A DNA stretch of 48,975 bases from Cyanobacteria bacterium P01_A01_bin.123 (GCA_039815185.1 JBCBZT010000056.1:1-48975); one strand, 5' to 3'; shown: positions 8,157 to 19,278, numbered from the stretch's first letter. Notes: generated by a model not told the origin, from the sequence alone. Translations and numbers: made by a program.

Positions 8157-9035
8157 TCAGCTGCTTGCGGCAACTTGCTGACGCTGTGACCACCAGGCAA
8201 AAATGCCACTCACGGCAAACATCAGCAGACTATAGATCGCGGCTGGAATCGCCATGCTAGGCGTATTGAGAAATGTGGGAGCACTGGCGATCGCGATCGC
8301 TAAGGTGCCATTTTGGATACCCACTTCAACCGTAATGGCGGTGGCGCTACGATGATCGAGCTTGGCGAGGGTCGCGATCGCATAGCCCAAAGCCATGGTG
8401 CACACCACTAAGGTGAACGTGACCCCACCCACCTGTACGAAAAAGGTGGCTACATTGGCCCGTTCCTTGAGCAGCAGGCCCACAATGATCAACGTCAGGA
8501 AGAATAGTGAGAGCCACTTGACCCATGTTTCAACAGTCGCTGCAAATCGAGGGGCGTAATGGTGCAGCACCATGCCCAAGGCAACTGGGATGATCGTAAT
8601 CACCGCAATTTGAATTACCGTCGTCAGAAATGACAAGCGTAGGGCAGTTCCTTCTCCCAGAAAGGTCTGCATAGACAGGTTGACCACGAGAGGAATGGTA
8701 AAGACAGTAATGAGGCTGCTAATCGCGGTTAGCGTGATGGACAGCGCCACATTTCCTCGGGCCAAATAGGTCACCAGGTTAGAGGTCGGCCCCCCGGGAC
8801 AGGCAGCCAAAATCATTACGCCTACAGCTAACTCCGGTGTGAGGGGGAAAATAGAGGCTAGTAAAAAGCCCACGATCGGCAGCATAACCAGCTGGGCTAT
8901 AAGGCCGAGAATGACGGCTTTAGGCTCGACCAAAATTCGCTTGAAGTCGTCCAGCGTGAGGCCTAGCCCCATGCCCAGCATGATGATAAACAGGGCTAGG
9001 GGTAGAAAGATCGCAGTTAGAAAACTTGATTCCAT
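8157..9035 (-). CDS. Bile acid:sodium symporter (BASS/SBF) family transporter
   Basis: IMLGMGLGLT..DF, ACPGGPTSN and EVGIQNGTLA motifs; multiple TM helices; ATG at 9035. Confidence 0.92.
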   Translation of the reverse strand: MESSFLTAIFLPLALFIIMLGMGLGLTLDDFKRILVEPKAVILGLIAQLVMLPIVGFLLASIFPLTPELAVGVMILAACPGGPTSNLVTYLARGNVALSITLTAISSLITVFTIPLVVNLSMQTFLGEGTALRLSFLTTVIQIAVITIIPVALGMVLHHYAPRFAATVETWVKWLSLFFLTLIIVGLLLKERANVATFFVQVGGVTFTLVVCTMALGYAIATLAKLDHRSATAITVEVGIQNGTLAIAIASAPTFLNTPSMAIPAAIYSLLMFAVSGIFAWWSQRQQVAASS

Positions 9036-9242
9036 AGCTCTAGAGATGCGCAACCTGTGGTCATCTTACTAGGCGGTCAGAACCGATTACTAGCGACATT
9101 ATCTGTCATGTCCTGCCAAGCTGGGTTGAGATGCAATATTGAATATTCCTGTTAGCTAAGACTATCGCTTTACAGATAGGGTCGAGCATCACCTCAAGCC
9201 ACTGGAGTTTCTGGTGTTTGTCAAATCGGTTAGCTTTTGGCG

Positions 9243-10217
9243 CTAACACAGTTTGCTGCTGTCATTGCTCGGTGTCTCTGAGTCGAATTGAGTTTTAACC
9301 GATTTCCAACGTTGTTCTTGGTAGATCAGTGCCGTGAGATGGATAACAGAAAGTAGAATGGCTGCGATCGCGACGATATAGCTATGCAAAGCATACATAT
9401 GCTGCAACGTGACGCTGTTGATACCGCTGCCACCAGACAAAACGGTTTGCAACATCGGCCCTACCAACGGCATTGAACCCACAATCGAGAGCTCGATCTT
9501 GAAGCGCCAGAAGCTGGTTTGCTCCCAGTTCAGGACAATCGCCGTCCAACTCAGGCCAATGGCGGCAAGGGTAAACAAGATACCGCTGATCCAAGCGGTG
9601 AGCCAGGGCAGCAAAAATTCACGACCCAAAAACATCACCACGATTTGCACCAGCGCTAAAACGATCAGGCTGTGACCGGCAACATGGTGCAGACTCAAAA
9701 TGAGTTCACCACTGGCAATGTCATGCACAATCGTGGTTAGAGATTGATATGCCCCCATGGCAGCAGGCTGATAATAAAACGCAAGCAGAATACCTGTCAG
9801 CGCAGCCATGCCACACAGGGTCAGCTCCATCACTGCCAGCAGCGTCGCGATCCGCTGAAGGATGTAGCGATACCGATCGGCTGAGGGAATCCGGGGTGCA
9901 AATTGATTGGCGAGCACTTGCCCAATGGCATACTTTGCCGATCGGAGCTTGTCTTTTAGCCCTTGGCTAGCAAGGGAACTCCCTGTCAGCCTTTTGTGCA
10001 GCCAGCTAAAGCAAACGACGCCCGCGACATAGACCCCAAAATACAGCAGACGCCAACGGAAAATTAAAATAGCCTGCCAGTCTGGATATCGTTGCAGCAG
10101 GACGGATCGAGAGGCAACGATATCTCTTAGCCAATCCTGATAGTCTTGCCACGCTGTTGGGAAATAGCTGGCGATTTCGCCCACTTTGCCCGCTAATGCG
10201 ATGTCTTTCTGACTCAT
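9243..10217 (-). CDS. Divergent cytochrome b/b6 N-terminal-domain protein with an extra ~110-aa N-terminal extension
   Basis: TGILLAFYYQP...AYQS, LSLHHVAG, WISG, P.VG..L...L.GG and YALHSY motifs match PetB helices A-D; 1 bp downstream of the PadR stop. Confidence 0.8.
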   Translation of the reverse strand: MSQKDIALAGKVGEIASYFPTAWQDYQDWLRDIVASRSVLLQRYPDWQAILIFRWRLLYFGVYVAGVVCFSWLHKRLTGSSLASQGLKDKLRSAKYAIGQVLANQFAPRIPSADRYRYILQRIATLLAVMELTLCGMAALTGILLAFYYQPAAMGAYQSLTTIVHDIASGELILSLHHVAGHSLIVLALVQIVVMFLGREFLLPWLTAWISGILFTLAAIGLSWTAIVLNWEQTSFWRFKIELSIVGSMPLVGPMLQTVLSGGSGINSVTLQHMYALHSYIVAIAAILLSVIHLTALIYQEQRWKSVKTQFDSETPSNDSSKLC

Positions 10218-10218
10218 T

Positions 10219-10548
10219 TCATACCCCTTTTGGCTCTGGCGTCCAATGTGCGACGCGCTCTAGCAGTTGCAGCTTTACTTCCAGCGCTTGTGCCCCCGTC
10301 CCAGTAATTCGGTAGTATTTCCGTCTGGCACCGGTATGTTCTTCAGGGGGCTCATCCCCCCATTCGGACTTCACAAAGCCCTTTTTCTCCAGTTTTTTCA
10401 AGTTGGGATACAGCGAATTAAACCCGATTTGCTTGCCACCACTCTTCTCAATCGCGGCCATAATTTCCAAACCGTAACGCCTCCGGAACCGAAGCGCTGA
10501 CAAGATGACTTCCTGGTTAGGCGTCAGACGCAAATCTTGATCGCTCAT
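10219..10548 (-). CDS. PadR-family transcriptional regulator (short subfamily)
   Basis: YGLEI, SLYPNLKKLEKKGFVKSEW and RRKYYRITGTG motifs; 109 aa. Confidence 0.93.
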   Translation of the reverse strand: MSDQDLRLTPNQEVILSALRFRRRYGLEIMAAIEKSGGKQIGFNSLYPNLKKLEKKGFVKSEWGDEPPEEHTGARRKYYRITGTGAQALEVKLQLLERVAHWTPEPKGV

Positions 10549-10565
10549 AACTATTTCTGAGTATT

Positions 10566-10586
10566 GTATTTATTCGAATATAATAC
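10566..10586. promoter_or_regulatory. Candidate PadR operator palindrome
   Basis: GTATT-TATTCGAATA-T-AATAC, 18-38 bp upstream of the padR ATG. Confidence 0.45.
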
Positions 10587-10603
10587 TATATCCAATAAAT
10601 AGA

Positions 10604-10709
10604 TATAGCCGTAGCGCATAAAGCTTTGTGCGCTACGGCGAGCCAGATTGCTTGTGTGCTGAGCATCCCAGCGTTACCCGGTGCATTAAGCAATCTGGCC
10701 AGCGCTATG
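10604..10709 (-). repeat. Structured dispersed repeat, copy 2
   Basis: TATAGC...GCTATG ends; hairpin GCCGTAGCGCATAAAGCTTTGTGCGCTACGGC plus GCCAGATTGCTT..AAGCAATCTGGC. Confidence 0.9.
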
Positions 10710-10838
10710 TTATGAGCTGGCTGATGCGATCGGATCCATTCAATGCTGACCGACTCACCCCGATGCTGAAAAGGCATTGCCTACGCATGTTAGTGCTACT
10801 TCAACAGCCTGCCCACTAGGCCCAATTAGCAGGCCCAA

Positions 10839-13583
10839 TCAGCGACGCGACGCGGCTTTTGACTGAGGGGGGTCAATTAGGTTGGCCAAGATTGCCATCG
10901 GTACCATCAGCACCATGGGGAGTAGGCAAATGAACCATTGAGACCCGGTTAGGGGTGCCGTTTCGAATAACGTATTCATCACAGGCCACTGACTAAACAC
11001 AAGTTGTAGGACGACTGCCACCCCAATTCCCACAAGCAGCATCGGGGCAGTCGTTACAGATGTGGACTTGCCGCGGATGTAGTTGAGCAGACTGATGCCC
11101 AACTGACTAATGCTGAGTAGATAGATGATCCGCGCGGCAACCAGGGCTTGAATGGCCATCGTGCGAGCCACGGCAATATCTCCGGTAGTTGATTTTGCCC
11201 ACTCGAAGATGCCAAAAATTAAAATCCAATTAAACAAAGACACGGCCAAAATTCGCCGTAATAATTTCCCAGTAATTAAAGGCTCGTGGGGATTACGGGG
11301 GGGCTGCCGCATAGACCCGTTGGACTTGGGTTCAAAAGCCAGGGGCACGGTCATGGTCAAGGAGTTGATCAGGTTTAACCATAGGACTTGTAGGGCCAGA
11401 ATCGGTAAATCCCTGGCGAATAGCGCACTGATCAAGATGGTCATAGATTCCCCGCCATTGACCGGCAATAAAAACGCGATCGCCTTCCGTAAGTTTTGAT
11501 AGACGGTGCGCCCTTCTTCTACAGCCGCTTCAATGGAAGCGAAGTTATCGTCGGTCAGCAACATATCCGCTGCTTCGCGTGCGACTTCGGTTCCCCCTTT
11601 ACCCATGGCGATGCCAATGTCGGCTTGCTTGAGGGCTGGGGCATCATTGACGCCATCGCCGGTCATGGCGACAATCTCACCTTTCGACTGCAGCGATTCA
11701 ACCAGTCGCAGCTTTTGGGTAGGGGCAACTCGGGCAAAAACGTCCCCTTCTTCAACGGCGTGAGCCAACTGGCCATCGCCCATTGTTTCTAATTGCCACC
11801 CCTCGAAGGCTTTGACTTGTGTGTCCTCTTGGATCCCCATTCGCCCGGCAATTGCCCGCGCCGTTGTAATGTGGTCTCCGGTGATCATCTTGACCCGAAT
11901 TCCCGCAGACTGGCAGGCATGAACCGCCGCGATCGCTTCGGGACGAGGGGGGTCAATCATGCCTTGCAGTCCTAGAAAGACTAACCCTGCCTCAATGTCC
12001 CCATGGTCTATTGAATGCTGATGGGAAGCCACCGGTTTTTTTGCGAACGCCAGTACCCGTAACCCTTGTGCTGCCATTGTTTCAACCACATGCCCAATTT
12101 GTGACGGTTCGATGGGCACGATCTGGCCTTGTCGATTCACCTGGTGAGCACAGCGGTTCAAGAGTGCTTCAACTGAACCCTTGATATAGATTGTCCGCAA
12201 ATCAACATCATGCAGGGTCGCCATATATTGATACTCGGATTCAAATGGAATTGAATCTAACCGGGGCTTCACAGCCACCAGCCTAGACTGGCTTAACTCA
12301 GCTTTGGCCGCGGCTGCGATCAAAGCCCCTTCGGTCGGATCACCGCCTACCGACCAATGTTCCCCGCTTTGCTTTAATTGAGAGTCGTTACACAGTACCC
12401 CAGCAATCAGACACTCCTCTAGCGCTGACGGCAAGCCATCCTCAAATAGACTTTCGCCATTGCCATTGCCCACCCGCGTAATTTCGCCTTTAGGGCTGTA
12501 TCCACTGCCGCTGACTTGATAGTGCTGCCCGCCAGTGTAAATGGCCTGTACTGTCATTTGGTTTTCTGTTAGGGTTCCGGTTTTGTCAGAACAAATCACG
12601 GTAGAACTTCCCAAGGCTTCTACGGCGGGTAGCTTGCGAATAATGGCATGGCGACGGGCCATGCGGTTGACCCCAATCGCCAAGGTGATCGTGACAACTG
12701 CTGGCAATCCCTCTGGAATGGCGCTGACTGCCAGAGCAACTGCGGCTTCAAACATATAAACCCAAGACTCCCCTTGCCCCAAGCCGATCACAAAGGTTAG
12801 CGTTGCCAGCGTCAAGATACCGTAGAGCAAGATGCGGCTGAACTTTGCGAACTTGCGGGTCAGGGGGGTACTCAGGTTGACCCGCTGTGCCATGGACTGA
12901 GAAATCTGCCCAACTTCGGTGGCACTGGCTGTCGCGACTACCATCCCCTTGCCTTGCCCAAAGGTCACAAAGCTACCAGCGTAGGCCATGTTTTTGCGTT
13001 CTGCCAGCGGCGTATCCTTGGGTAACGGCTGGATAGATTTCTCCACAGGCATGGATTCTCCGGTCAATGCAGACTCATTCACCTGTAAGCTACGAAGCTT
13101 TAACAGTCTCAAGTCTGCTGGGACTTTATCTCCCGAGGCCAACACCACCACATCGCCCGGCACTAAATCCTCGGAGGGGATTTGTAGCGTTTGCCCCTCT
13201 CTCAGAACGGTTGTTTCGGTGGTGACGGCTTTTGCGAGTGAGGCGATCGCCCCTTCTGCTTTAGCTTCTTGCACATAGCCAATCACCGCATTGAGTATTG
13301 TTACCCCCCAAATCACGGCAGCGTTGGTCCAGGAGCCCAAGGCCGCTTTGACGCCGCCTGCAATCAACAAAATATAGAGGAGTGGCTGATGAAACTGTAA
13401 TAGAAATTGTAGCCAGGCGGGCTTTCCCGGTTGAGCAGGGAGTTGGTTCCAGCCGTAAGTTTCGTAGCGGCTTGCGACTTCTTCTGCAGTCAGTCCCTTT
13501 TCTGAGTTGCTATTGAAAGATTTAATTACCTCTTGTGTCGAGATTTCGTGATAAGAATTAGAAGACAATTGGGCTAACATCAT
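10839..13583 (-). CDS. Cation-transporting P-type ATPase (type II, Ca2+-ATPase-like)
   Basis: LTGES, IPEGLP, DKTGT (phospho-Asp), TGD and [10 protein letters not shown] motifs; 914 aa. Confidence 0.95.
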   Translation of the reverse strand: MMLAQLSSNSYHEISTQEVIKSFNSNSEKGLTAEEVASRYETYGWNQLPAQPGKPAWLQFLLQFHQPLLYILLIAGGVKAALGSWTNAAVIWGVTILNAVIGYVQEAKAEGAIASLAKAVTTETTVLREGQTLQIPSEDLVPGDVVVLASGDKVPADLRLLKLRSLQVNESALTGESMPVEKSIQPLPKDTPLAERKNMAYAGSFVTFGQGKGMVVATASATEVGQISQSMAQRVNLSTPLTRKFAKFSRILLYGILTLATLTFVIGLGQGESWVYMFEAAVALAVSAIPEGLPAVVTITLAIGVNRMARRHAIIRKLPAVEALGSSTVICSDKTGTLTENQMTVQAIYTGGQHYQVSGSGYSPKGEITRVGNGNGESLFEDGLPSALEECLIAGVLCNDSQLKQSGEHWSVGGDPTEGALIAAAAKAELSQSRLVAVKPRLDSIPFESEYQYMATLHDVDLRTIYIKGSVEALLNRCAHQVNRQGQIVPIEPSQIGHVVETMAAQGLRVLAFAKKPVASHQHSIDHGDIEAGLVFLGLQGMIDPPRPEAIAAVHACQSAGIRVKMITGDHITTARAIAGRMGIQEDTQVKAFEGWQLETMGDGQLAHAVEEGDVFARVAPTQKLRLVESLQSKGEIVAMTGDGVNDAPALKQADIGIAMGKGGTEVAREAADMLLTDDNFASIEAAVEEGRTVYQNLRKAIAFLLPVNGGESMTILISALFARDLPILALQVLWLNLINSLTMTVPLAFEPKSNGSMRQPPRNPHEPLITGKLLRRILAVSLFNWILIFGIFEWAKSTTGDIAVARTMAIQALVAARIIYLLSISQLGISLLNYIRGKSTSVTTAPMLLVGIGVAVVLQLVFSQWPVMNTLFETAPLTGSQWFICLLPMVLMVPMAILANLIDPPQSKAASRR

Positions 13584-14044
13584 AACTTTTAAGGCAGCGT
13601 AAGCTGTACCTGGCGCTATGGCTTGATGCTAGCAAAAGCTTAAGCTTGCGTTGATAGAATTATGTGCATCATGATCATAGAAACGTGAATATAGTAACCA
13701 AGGAAATTAAGGAAATAGGTACACGGGTTAAAAAATATAAATTTCAATAGGTAATATGCGAATTATTGTGCATTGTCTCCGCTTAAAGTCTCTCCAGGCA
13801 ATGATTTACCCATTTCTGCAAAACAAAATCTTTGGCTAATTTACCCAAATCTATGCTTGCGAAGAATCTGTATAAATCTGTCTTGCTAATAAGCAGAAAT
13901 ATTAGTAATGCGATCGCTCAATATTTATTCTTCCTACGAAGTATTAGGTCTTATACTCCCGCACAGTGAGTTACTAAAGTTTCAGTATACTAATGCCAAT
14001 ATAGCAGCAACTTTTGTCGATTTCTATGGGTGCAATAGTGGACT

Positions 14045-16753
14045 TTAAGTCTCACCCATTAACGTAAAGGCTGCCCAAGCACTCGGATCGGGATAATCTT
14101 CTAGGGTGGTTAACATGGCCTGTCGCAAGGCTTGAGCTTTAGATTGCCCCTGTTGTAACTGCTGATAAAACGTAGTCATCAAGGCAGCTGTTGGTGCATC
14201 GGGAACGGCCCAGAGAGACACGACTACGCTGGGGACGCCTGCAGTCATCAGCGATCGCGATAGACCAATTACCCCATCGCCTGTGATATTCCCCAGGCCT
14301 GTATCACAAGCACTTAGCACCACCAAGTCTGCGGCGAGGGACAGTTGAAGAATCTCTTCGGCTGTCAGGAGTCCATCTTCCTGACTATCTGCTGCCAATG
14401 CCACTGCTCCGGGGACTTCTAGTCGGCCTGTTGCCTCTAGTTGGCCATATTCCAGCAGGCCATGGGTGGCCAGATGAACCACGCGCGCGGCAGGTAAGCG
14501 CTGTTTGATAGTTGCTTCGGTTGCCTCATCCATCGTTAGCGCAGTGGTGTTGAATAATGCTGCGATCGCTTCAGCTTCGCGCTCAGCCCCCGGCAGGTTG
14601 GGCAAGGGCACAGGCGTTTCGCCTACTAAAGGCGGTAACGACGGCATGGTGGGGTTGCCCACGATCAAGAGGTCTTCGTCGGCCAGTGCGGTCAGGGGGC
14701 GGATGGCGCGAGATTGTTGCAGGCGCCTCGTCAACCCCAGGGTTTGAATCGAGGGTATGGTTAGCAGGGTATGGTGTTCAATCAGGTATTGTCCCTGGGT
14801 ATTTTTCAAGGCGGCAAAGGGAACCAAAAACAGATTTCCCTGGGGAATGACGATCACGTTAGCGTCTGGGTCGGTCGGTAGATAGGCTTCGATGGGTTGA
14901 ATCAGCACCTCATAAAGTTGAGTCAGGGGTTCAGACGAGGCGTCTACGGTTGGGTTAAAAACTACACTAATGCCCGCTCGGTTGCGATCGCCGACAGCTG
15001 CACGGCTCAGCTGCACTAAATCTTGTAGGGGGGTATCGAGTTGGTCTAAATCTATGGCTTCAAAATGAATCGTCCCATCGGGCTGCACTACCCAGATGTA
15101 GAGTGCGGGGTTGTCTAATTCTGTATCAACGATGGCGTATTCAACTAAGGTTGCGGATTGAGCTTGGGCAATTTGCCGAATCGTCGCTAAATCTGGCGCT
15201 GCGAGCCGTTCAGTTGTACCCTCCTCTAATCGATTGGCCAGTTGCTCAACCAGTGCCCGCGTTCGTCCTCGCTCGGCGACGGTTAGTGCAGCTTCAACTT
15301 GTCCTTGCGCTACCAGAATTTGCTGTAGTCCGCTATAGCTTTGGGCCTGAGTTTCAAACAGGGAAATTTTGTCAATATCGCTTAAATCTTGGGCCCCTAG
15401 GGATTCCCAAATCGTAATTGCGGCTTCAAACTGGGTTGTGGCTGCGTCATATTGGCCCAAGGCAAGCTGGGCAAACCCAATGTTGTTCAATATGGTGCCT
15501 TCCCCAGGGCGATCGCCCACTTCACGATAGATCACTAGGGACTGTTGGTAGTTCTCTAAGGCTTCTGATAGCTTTCCTTGCCGTCGGTAAAGTCGGCCAA
15601 TATTGCCCAGCACCACACTCTCGCCCGCTCGATTGCCAACCTCGCGATCGATTACCAGGGCTTGCTGGAAGAAACCAAGGGCTTTTTCAAGATCCCCCAG
15701 GGCGTCGTAAATAAGTCCAATACTGTTGAGGGTGGCGGCTTCTCCATAGCGATCGCCAATCTCTCGACGCATGGCAAGGGACTGCTGATTCGCTTCTAGG
15801 GCAGCTTGAAGATTACGCAGTTGATAGTAGGCTGTTCCTAAGTTTTTGAGGGAAACCGCTTCCCCATAGCGATTCTGGGTTCGCCGAGCAACGGTTAAGG
15901 CTTTTTCGAAGTAGCCTTGGGCGCGGTCATAACGGCCTAAGTCTAAATAGACTAAACCCAGATTATTTAGCGTTGACCCGGTATCGTCTTCTTCACCCAA
16001 ATCTTGACTGATGTCCAGCGATCGCTGTAGTGCATCTAGGGCGGGGGGATATTGCCCAACGCTGCGGTAGGCTTCGCCTAAGTTGTTGTAAACAGCGCTG
16101 ATTCGACTCTCATTACCCAGTGCCTGAAACTGTTCTAGCGCTTGCTGCCAGGTCGCGATCGCTTGGGCAAATTGCCCGCTGCGATACTGTTGCATGCCCT
16201 GTTGAAGTAAGGCATCTGCTTCAGCCTGACCGGGCATCGGGGTATCGGGGCTAGGTGCGGTAGTCGCGCCTGAGGTTGTGGTGGTGATGGACAGTTGATA
16301 GGGCCCCCGCCCAGTTTCATCGTAAGCATTAACAATGACGGTGTACTGCCCGTTTGTAGATAAGGTGAAGTAAATCTCAGAATTACGATTTTCTGGGCTG
16401 ATATCGTCATTTTGGGCTAAAACCTGATTGTTTGGGTCAACCAACGCCAGATAGGTATCAAAGGTTTCACTTTCTAGGCTAATGATGACCGTTTCACCGG
16501 CAGTGCCTTCAAAGGTATGGGTGTCGTAGAGGCTGTTATCTGGGGCCACGCGATCGCCGTCTTCTAAAACCCCTTCGGTTACCGTTAGCCTGCCCTCCTG
16601 GGTGACGGCTCTACCCGGCACTTGAGCTAGAGAAGCACTGGCAAATATCCCGAATACCGCTACAGTTAATCCCGACATTGCCAACTTAGACAGGCATTTG
16701 ATGATCAAGCTCTGGGAGCTTATAGCCGTGACGGGGGGTTGAGTCATGATCAA
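14045..16753 (-). CDS. Signal peptide + PPC domain + TPR repeats + CHAT (caspase-like) protease
   Basis: FDTYLAL..QNDD PPC motif; several TPRs; CHAT catalytic motifs HLATHG and LSACDTG. Confidence 0.92.
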   Translation of the reverse strand: MIMTQPPVTAISSQSLIIKCLSKLAMSGLTVAVFGIFASASLAQVPGRAVTQEGRLTVTEGVLEDGDRVAPDNSLYDTHTFEGTAGETVIISLESETFDTYLALVDPNNQVLAQNDDISPENRNSEIYFTLSTNGQYTVIVNAYDETGRGPYQLSITTTTSGATTAPSPDTPMPGQAEADALLQQGMQQYRSGQFAQAIATWQQALEQFQALGNESRISAVYNNLGEAYRSVGQYPPALDALQRSLDISQDLGEEDDTGSTLNNLGLVYLDLGRYDRAQGYFEKALTVARRTQNRYGEAVSLKNLGTAYYQLRNLQAALEANQQSLAMRREIGDRYGEAATLNSIGLIYDALGDLEKALGFFQQALVIDREVGNRAGESVVLGNIGRLYRRQGKLSEALENYQQSLVIYREVGDRPGEGTILNNIGFAQLALGQYDAATTQFEAAITIWESLGAQDLSDIDKISLFETQAQSYSGLQQILVAQGQVEAALTVAERGRTRALVEQLANRLEEGTTERLAAPDLATIRQIAQAQSATLVEYAIVDTELDNPALYIWVVQPDGTIHFEAIDLDQLDTPLQDLVQLSRAAVGDRNRAGISVVFNPTVDASSEPLTQLYEVLIQPIEAYLPTDPDANVIVIPQGNLFLVPFAALKNTQGQYLIEHHTLLTIPSIQTLGLTRRLQQSRAIRPLTALADEDLLIVGNPTMPSLPPLVGETPVPLPNLPGAEREAEAIAALFNTTALTMDEATEATIKQRLPAARVVHLATHGLLEYGQLEATGRLEVPGAVALAADSQEDGLLTAEEILQLSLAADLVVLSACDTGLGNITGDGVIGLSRSLMTAGVPSVVVSLWAVPDAPTAALMTTFYQQLQQGQSKAQALRQAMLTTLEDYPDPSAWAAFTLMGET

Positions 16754-17002
16754 GACAAGAACGTTCTCAGGTTGCCTGAATTTTACCGTCTGAATTCTCC
16801 AAAAATGAGTTCCAATACGCTCTTAATTAAGAATTGTAGACTTTTGGGATGCAATCTGCCATCAAAATTGCATATTGTCGTTTTATTGGATTCAATTCAT
16901 ACTTGAGATGTTCTTGTTATGAGACTTAAACCGTATCCATAACTGAGTTCAAAGTTCTAGGCAAAAAGCTGTCAGGGTTACGCTGGAGGCAGATGTTGAG
17001 CT

Positions 17003-17893
17003 ATGAAAACACCCATTCAATCTGATCCAAACCATCTAACGGTTGAACGTCGTCCAGTTGCCTTAATGGTTCCAGGTATTCCGGCATCAGACGGTGCTGG
17101 TGTACGGTTAACGCGAGTCTTGGGGACTTCGGCATTGCCCATCCTCGACCCATTTTTGCTGCTCGATATGTTTTACTCCGATCAGCCCCAAGATTATGTG
17201 GCTGGATTTCCCGATCATCCCCACCGGGGATTCGAGACCGTGTCTTATGTGTTGGCGGGTCGCGTTCGCCATGAAGACAACAAAGGCCACGTGGGTGTAA
17301 TTGAGCCTGGCGGGGTGCAGTGGATGACGGCAGGGCGGGGAATTGTGCATTCCGAGATGCCAGAGCAAACAGATGGGCTGCTCTGGGGGTTTCAACTGTG
17401 GCTCAATCTACCCGCAGATCAAAAGATGACTGACCCTCGATATCAAGAATTTGATGCGAGTGAGATTCCGGTCGAGTCGCGATCGTCTGACGTTCAAGTG
17501 CGCGTGATTGCTGGGCAAACCAGCCTCGGTACCCGCGGCCCCATTCAGCAAGGCACAACGGAGCCCGTCTATTGGGACGTCGCGATCGCCCCTAATCAGA
17601 CCTTCTGCGAAATCCTATCCCCAGCCCACAACAGCTTTATTTTTGTCTATGACGGTCAGGTGAGTGTCCATGCCGATCATCCGGAGCCAGCGCAACCTGT
17701 CGAAGCGGGCACCTTGGCCGTTTTAGGTGAGGGAAAGCAGGTGCAAATTAGCGCGGATGGCCAAACTGGCAAATTCTTGCTGATCGCAGGCAAGCCCCTA
17801 AACGAACCCGTTGCCCATGGGGGGCCATTTGTGATGAATACCCGAGCCGAAGTGCTGCAAGCCCACCAAGACTATTTAGCCGGACGATTTTAG
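17003..17893 (+). CDS. Pirin family protein
   Basis: DPFLLLD, FPDHPHRGFETV, QWMTAGRGIVHSE, QLWLNLP and GPFVMN motifs. Confidence 0.95.
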   Translation: MKTPIQSDPNHLTVERRPVALMVPGIPASDGAGVRLTRVLGTSALPILDPFLLLDMFYSDQPQDYVAGFPDHPHRGFETVSYVLAGRVRHEDNKGHVGVIEPGGVQWMTAGRGIVHSEMPEQTDGLLWGFQLWLNLPADQKMTDPRYQEFDASEIPVESRSSDVQVRVIAGQTSLGTRGPIQQGTTEPVYWDVAIAPNQTFCEILSPAHNSFIFVYDGQVSVHADHPEPAQPVEAGTLAVLGEGKQVQISADGQTGKFLLIAGKPLNEPVAHGGPFVMNTRAEVLQAHQDYLAGRF

Positions 17894-17903
17894 GAGAAAA
17901 AAA

Positions 17904-18887
17904 ATGGGACTTTTAGTAGATGGTGTTTGGCAAGATCAGTGGTACGACACTGCCAGCACAGGGGGCAGATTTGTCCGCAAAGCCTCTCAATTTCGCAATT
18001 GGATCACGGCCGATGGTAGCCCTGGCCCTAGCGGGAAAGGCGGTTTCAAAGCAGAGCCCGGCCGCTATCACCTCTATGTGTCTTATGCCTGTCCGTGGGC
18101 TCACCGCACGCTGATTTTTAGAGAACTCAAAGGACTAGCGGAGATGATTTCGGTCTCTGCTGTCCATTGGTTTATGGGTGAGTATGGTTGGACATTTGAA
18201 GTGGGAGAAGGGGTAATTGCTGACCCGATTTTCAAGGCCAAGTATCTGTATGAAATCTACACCCACGCGGACTCAAGCTACACCGGGCGAGTCACCGTGC
18301 CGATTCTTTGGGACAAGCAGACTCAAACCATCGTCAATAATGAGTCTTCAGAAATCATTCGCATGTTCAACAGTGCGTTTGATCAAGTTGGTGCTAAACC
18401 GGGCGACTATTGCCCTGACCCCCTAAGAGATGAGATTGATCTGATTAACGATCGGATCTATAACACTGTTAACAACGGGGTTTACAAATGCGGGTTTGCG
18501 ACCACCCAAGACGCCTACGAAGAAGCATTAAAACCCTTGTTTGACTCACTCGATTGGATCGAACAACGCCTCTCCACTCAACGCTATCTCACAGGCGATC
18601 CAGTCACAGAAGCTGACTGGCGGCTATTCACTACACTGGTTCGCTTTGATCCGGTCTATGTAGGGCATTTCAAGTGTAATTTGCGTCGCATTGTAGACTA
18701 TCCCAATCTATGGGGATATGTGCGTGATCTTTATCAAACACCGGGTGTCGCAGAGACGGTTAATTTCACACACATCAAGCGACACTACTACCAAAGCCAC
18801 GCGACGATCAACCCTACTAGGATTGTGCCCCTGGGGCCAGAGATTGACTTCTCGGAACCCCACAGTCGAGGACTTTTTAAGAACTAA
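17904..18887 (+). CDS. yqjG: Glutathionyl-hydroquinone reductase (GST Xi/omega-like, YqjG family)
   Basis: YHLYVSYACPWAHR, VTVPILWD, NNESSEI and NNGVYKCGFA motifs. Confidence 0.92.
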   Translation: MGLLVDGVWQDQWYDTASTGGRFVRKASQFRNWITADGSPGPSGKGGFKAEPGRYHLYVSYACPWAHRTLIFRELKGLAEMISVSAVHWFMGEYGWTFEVGEGVIADPIFKAKYLYEIYTHADSSYTGRVTVPILWDKQTQTIVNNESSEIIRMFNSAFDQVGAKPGDYCPDPLRDEIDLINDRIYNTVNNGVYKCGFATTQDAYEEALKPLFDSLDWIEQRLSTQRYLTGDPVTEADWRLFTTLVRFDPVYVGHFKCNLRRIVDYPNLWGYVRDLYQTPGVAETVNFTHIKRHYYQSHATINPTRIVPLGPEIDFSEPHSRGLFKN

Positions 18888-19278
18888 ACTGATCAATATT
18901 GAGTTCTCGATATCCTGTTTGGGTATCTAAGACACGTCTGAAGACAAATTGATCCAGATCGCCTATCACAATCTCCGCTGTGGTGCGAATCAAACACCCT
19001 GTCATCATATGTCCCCCCAGTGTCTGACCTTCGCCATCCGCGATCGCCATGTGTAAGTGCAATCCATGCACCGACAGCGTGCCCGATAGCGACAAAATTT
19101 CAAAGGGACGGGTCAGCACAGTCGTCTCCGTCTGTTCTGCAAAACGCAGCGCAGCTTGACTCAAGCTGCCTACAGCCGTAATCACGCAGCCTGCTTCCAG
19201 GCCATTTTTATCGACCAGATCACTGAGTGCTAGCCTCAAATCATCACCAGGAGAAAGTCGTAGCGCATATAAATTCAT
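18877..19278 (-). CDS. PPC/DUF296 domain protein
   Basis: LRLSPGDDL, FEILSLSGTL, HLHMAIAD, GGH and TTAEIVI motifs. Confidence 0.9.
   Translation of the reverse strand: MNLYALRLSPGDDLRLALSDLVDKNGLEAGCVITAVGSLSQAALRFAEQTETTVLTRPFEILSLSGTLSVHGLHLHMAIADGEGQTLGGHMMTGCLIRTTAEIVIGDLDQFVFRRVLDTQTGYRELNIDQFSS

Noticed and set aside
9243..10217. Calling this petB
   Set aside because: Too divergent, lacks one heme His and the heme cn Cys, and no petD follows.
13584..14044. Metal riboswitch (yybP-ykoY or M-box) upstream of the P-type ATPase
   Set aside because: AT-rich spacer without the recognisable conserved cores; GTA..TAC near 13941 has N10 spacing, so it is not an NtcA box.
16849..16873. ATGCAAT-N11-ATTGCAT inverted repeat upstream of pirin
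   Set aside because: Could be an operator, but no cognate regulator is nearby and the match is short enough to be chance.
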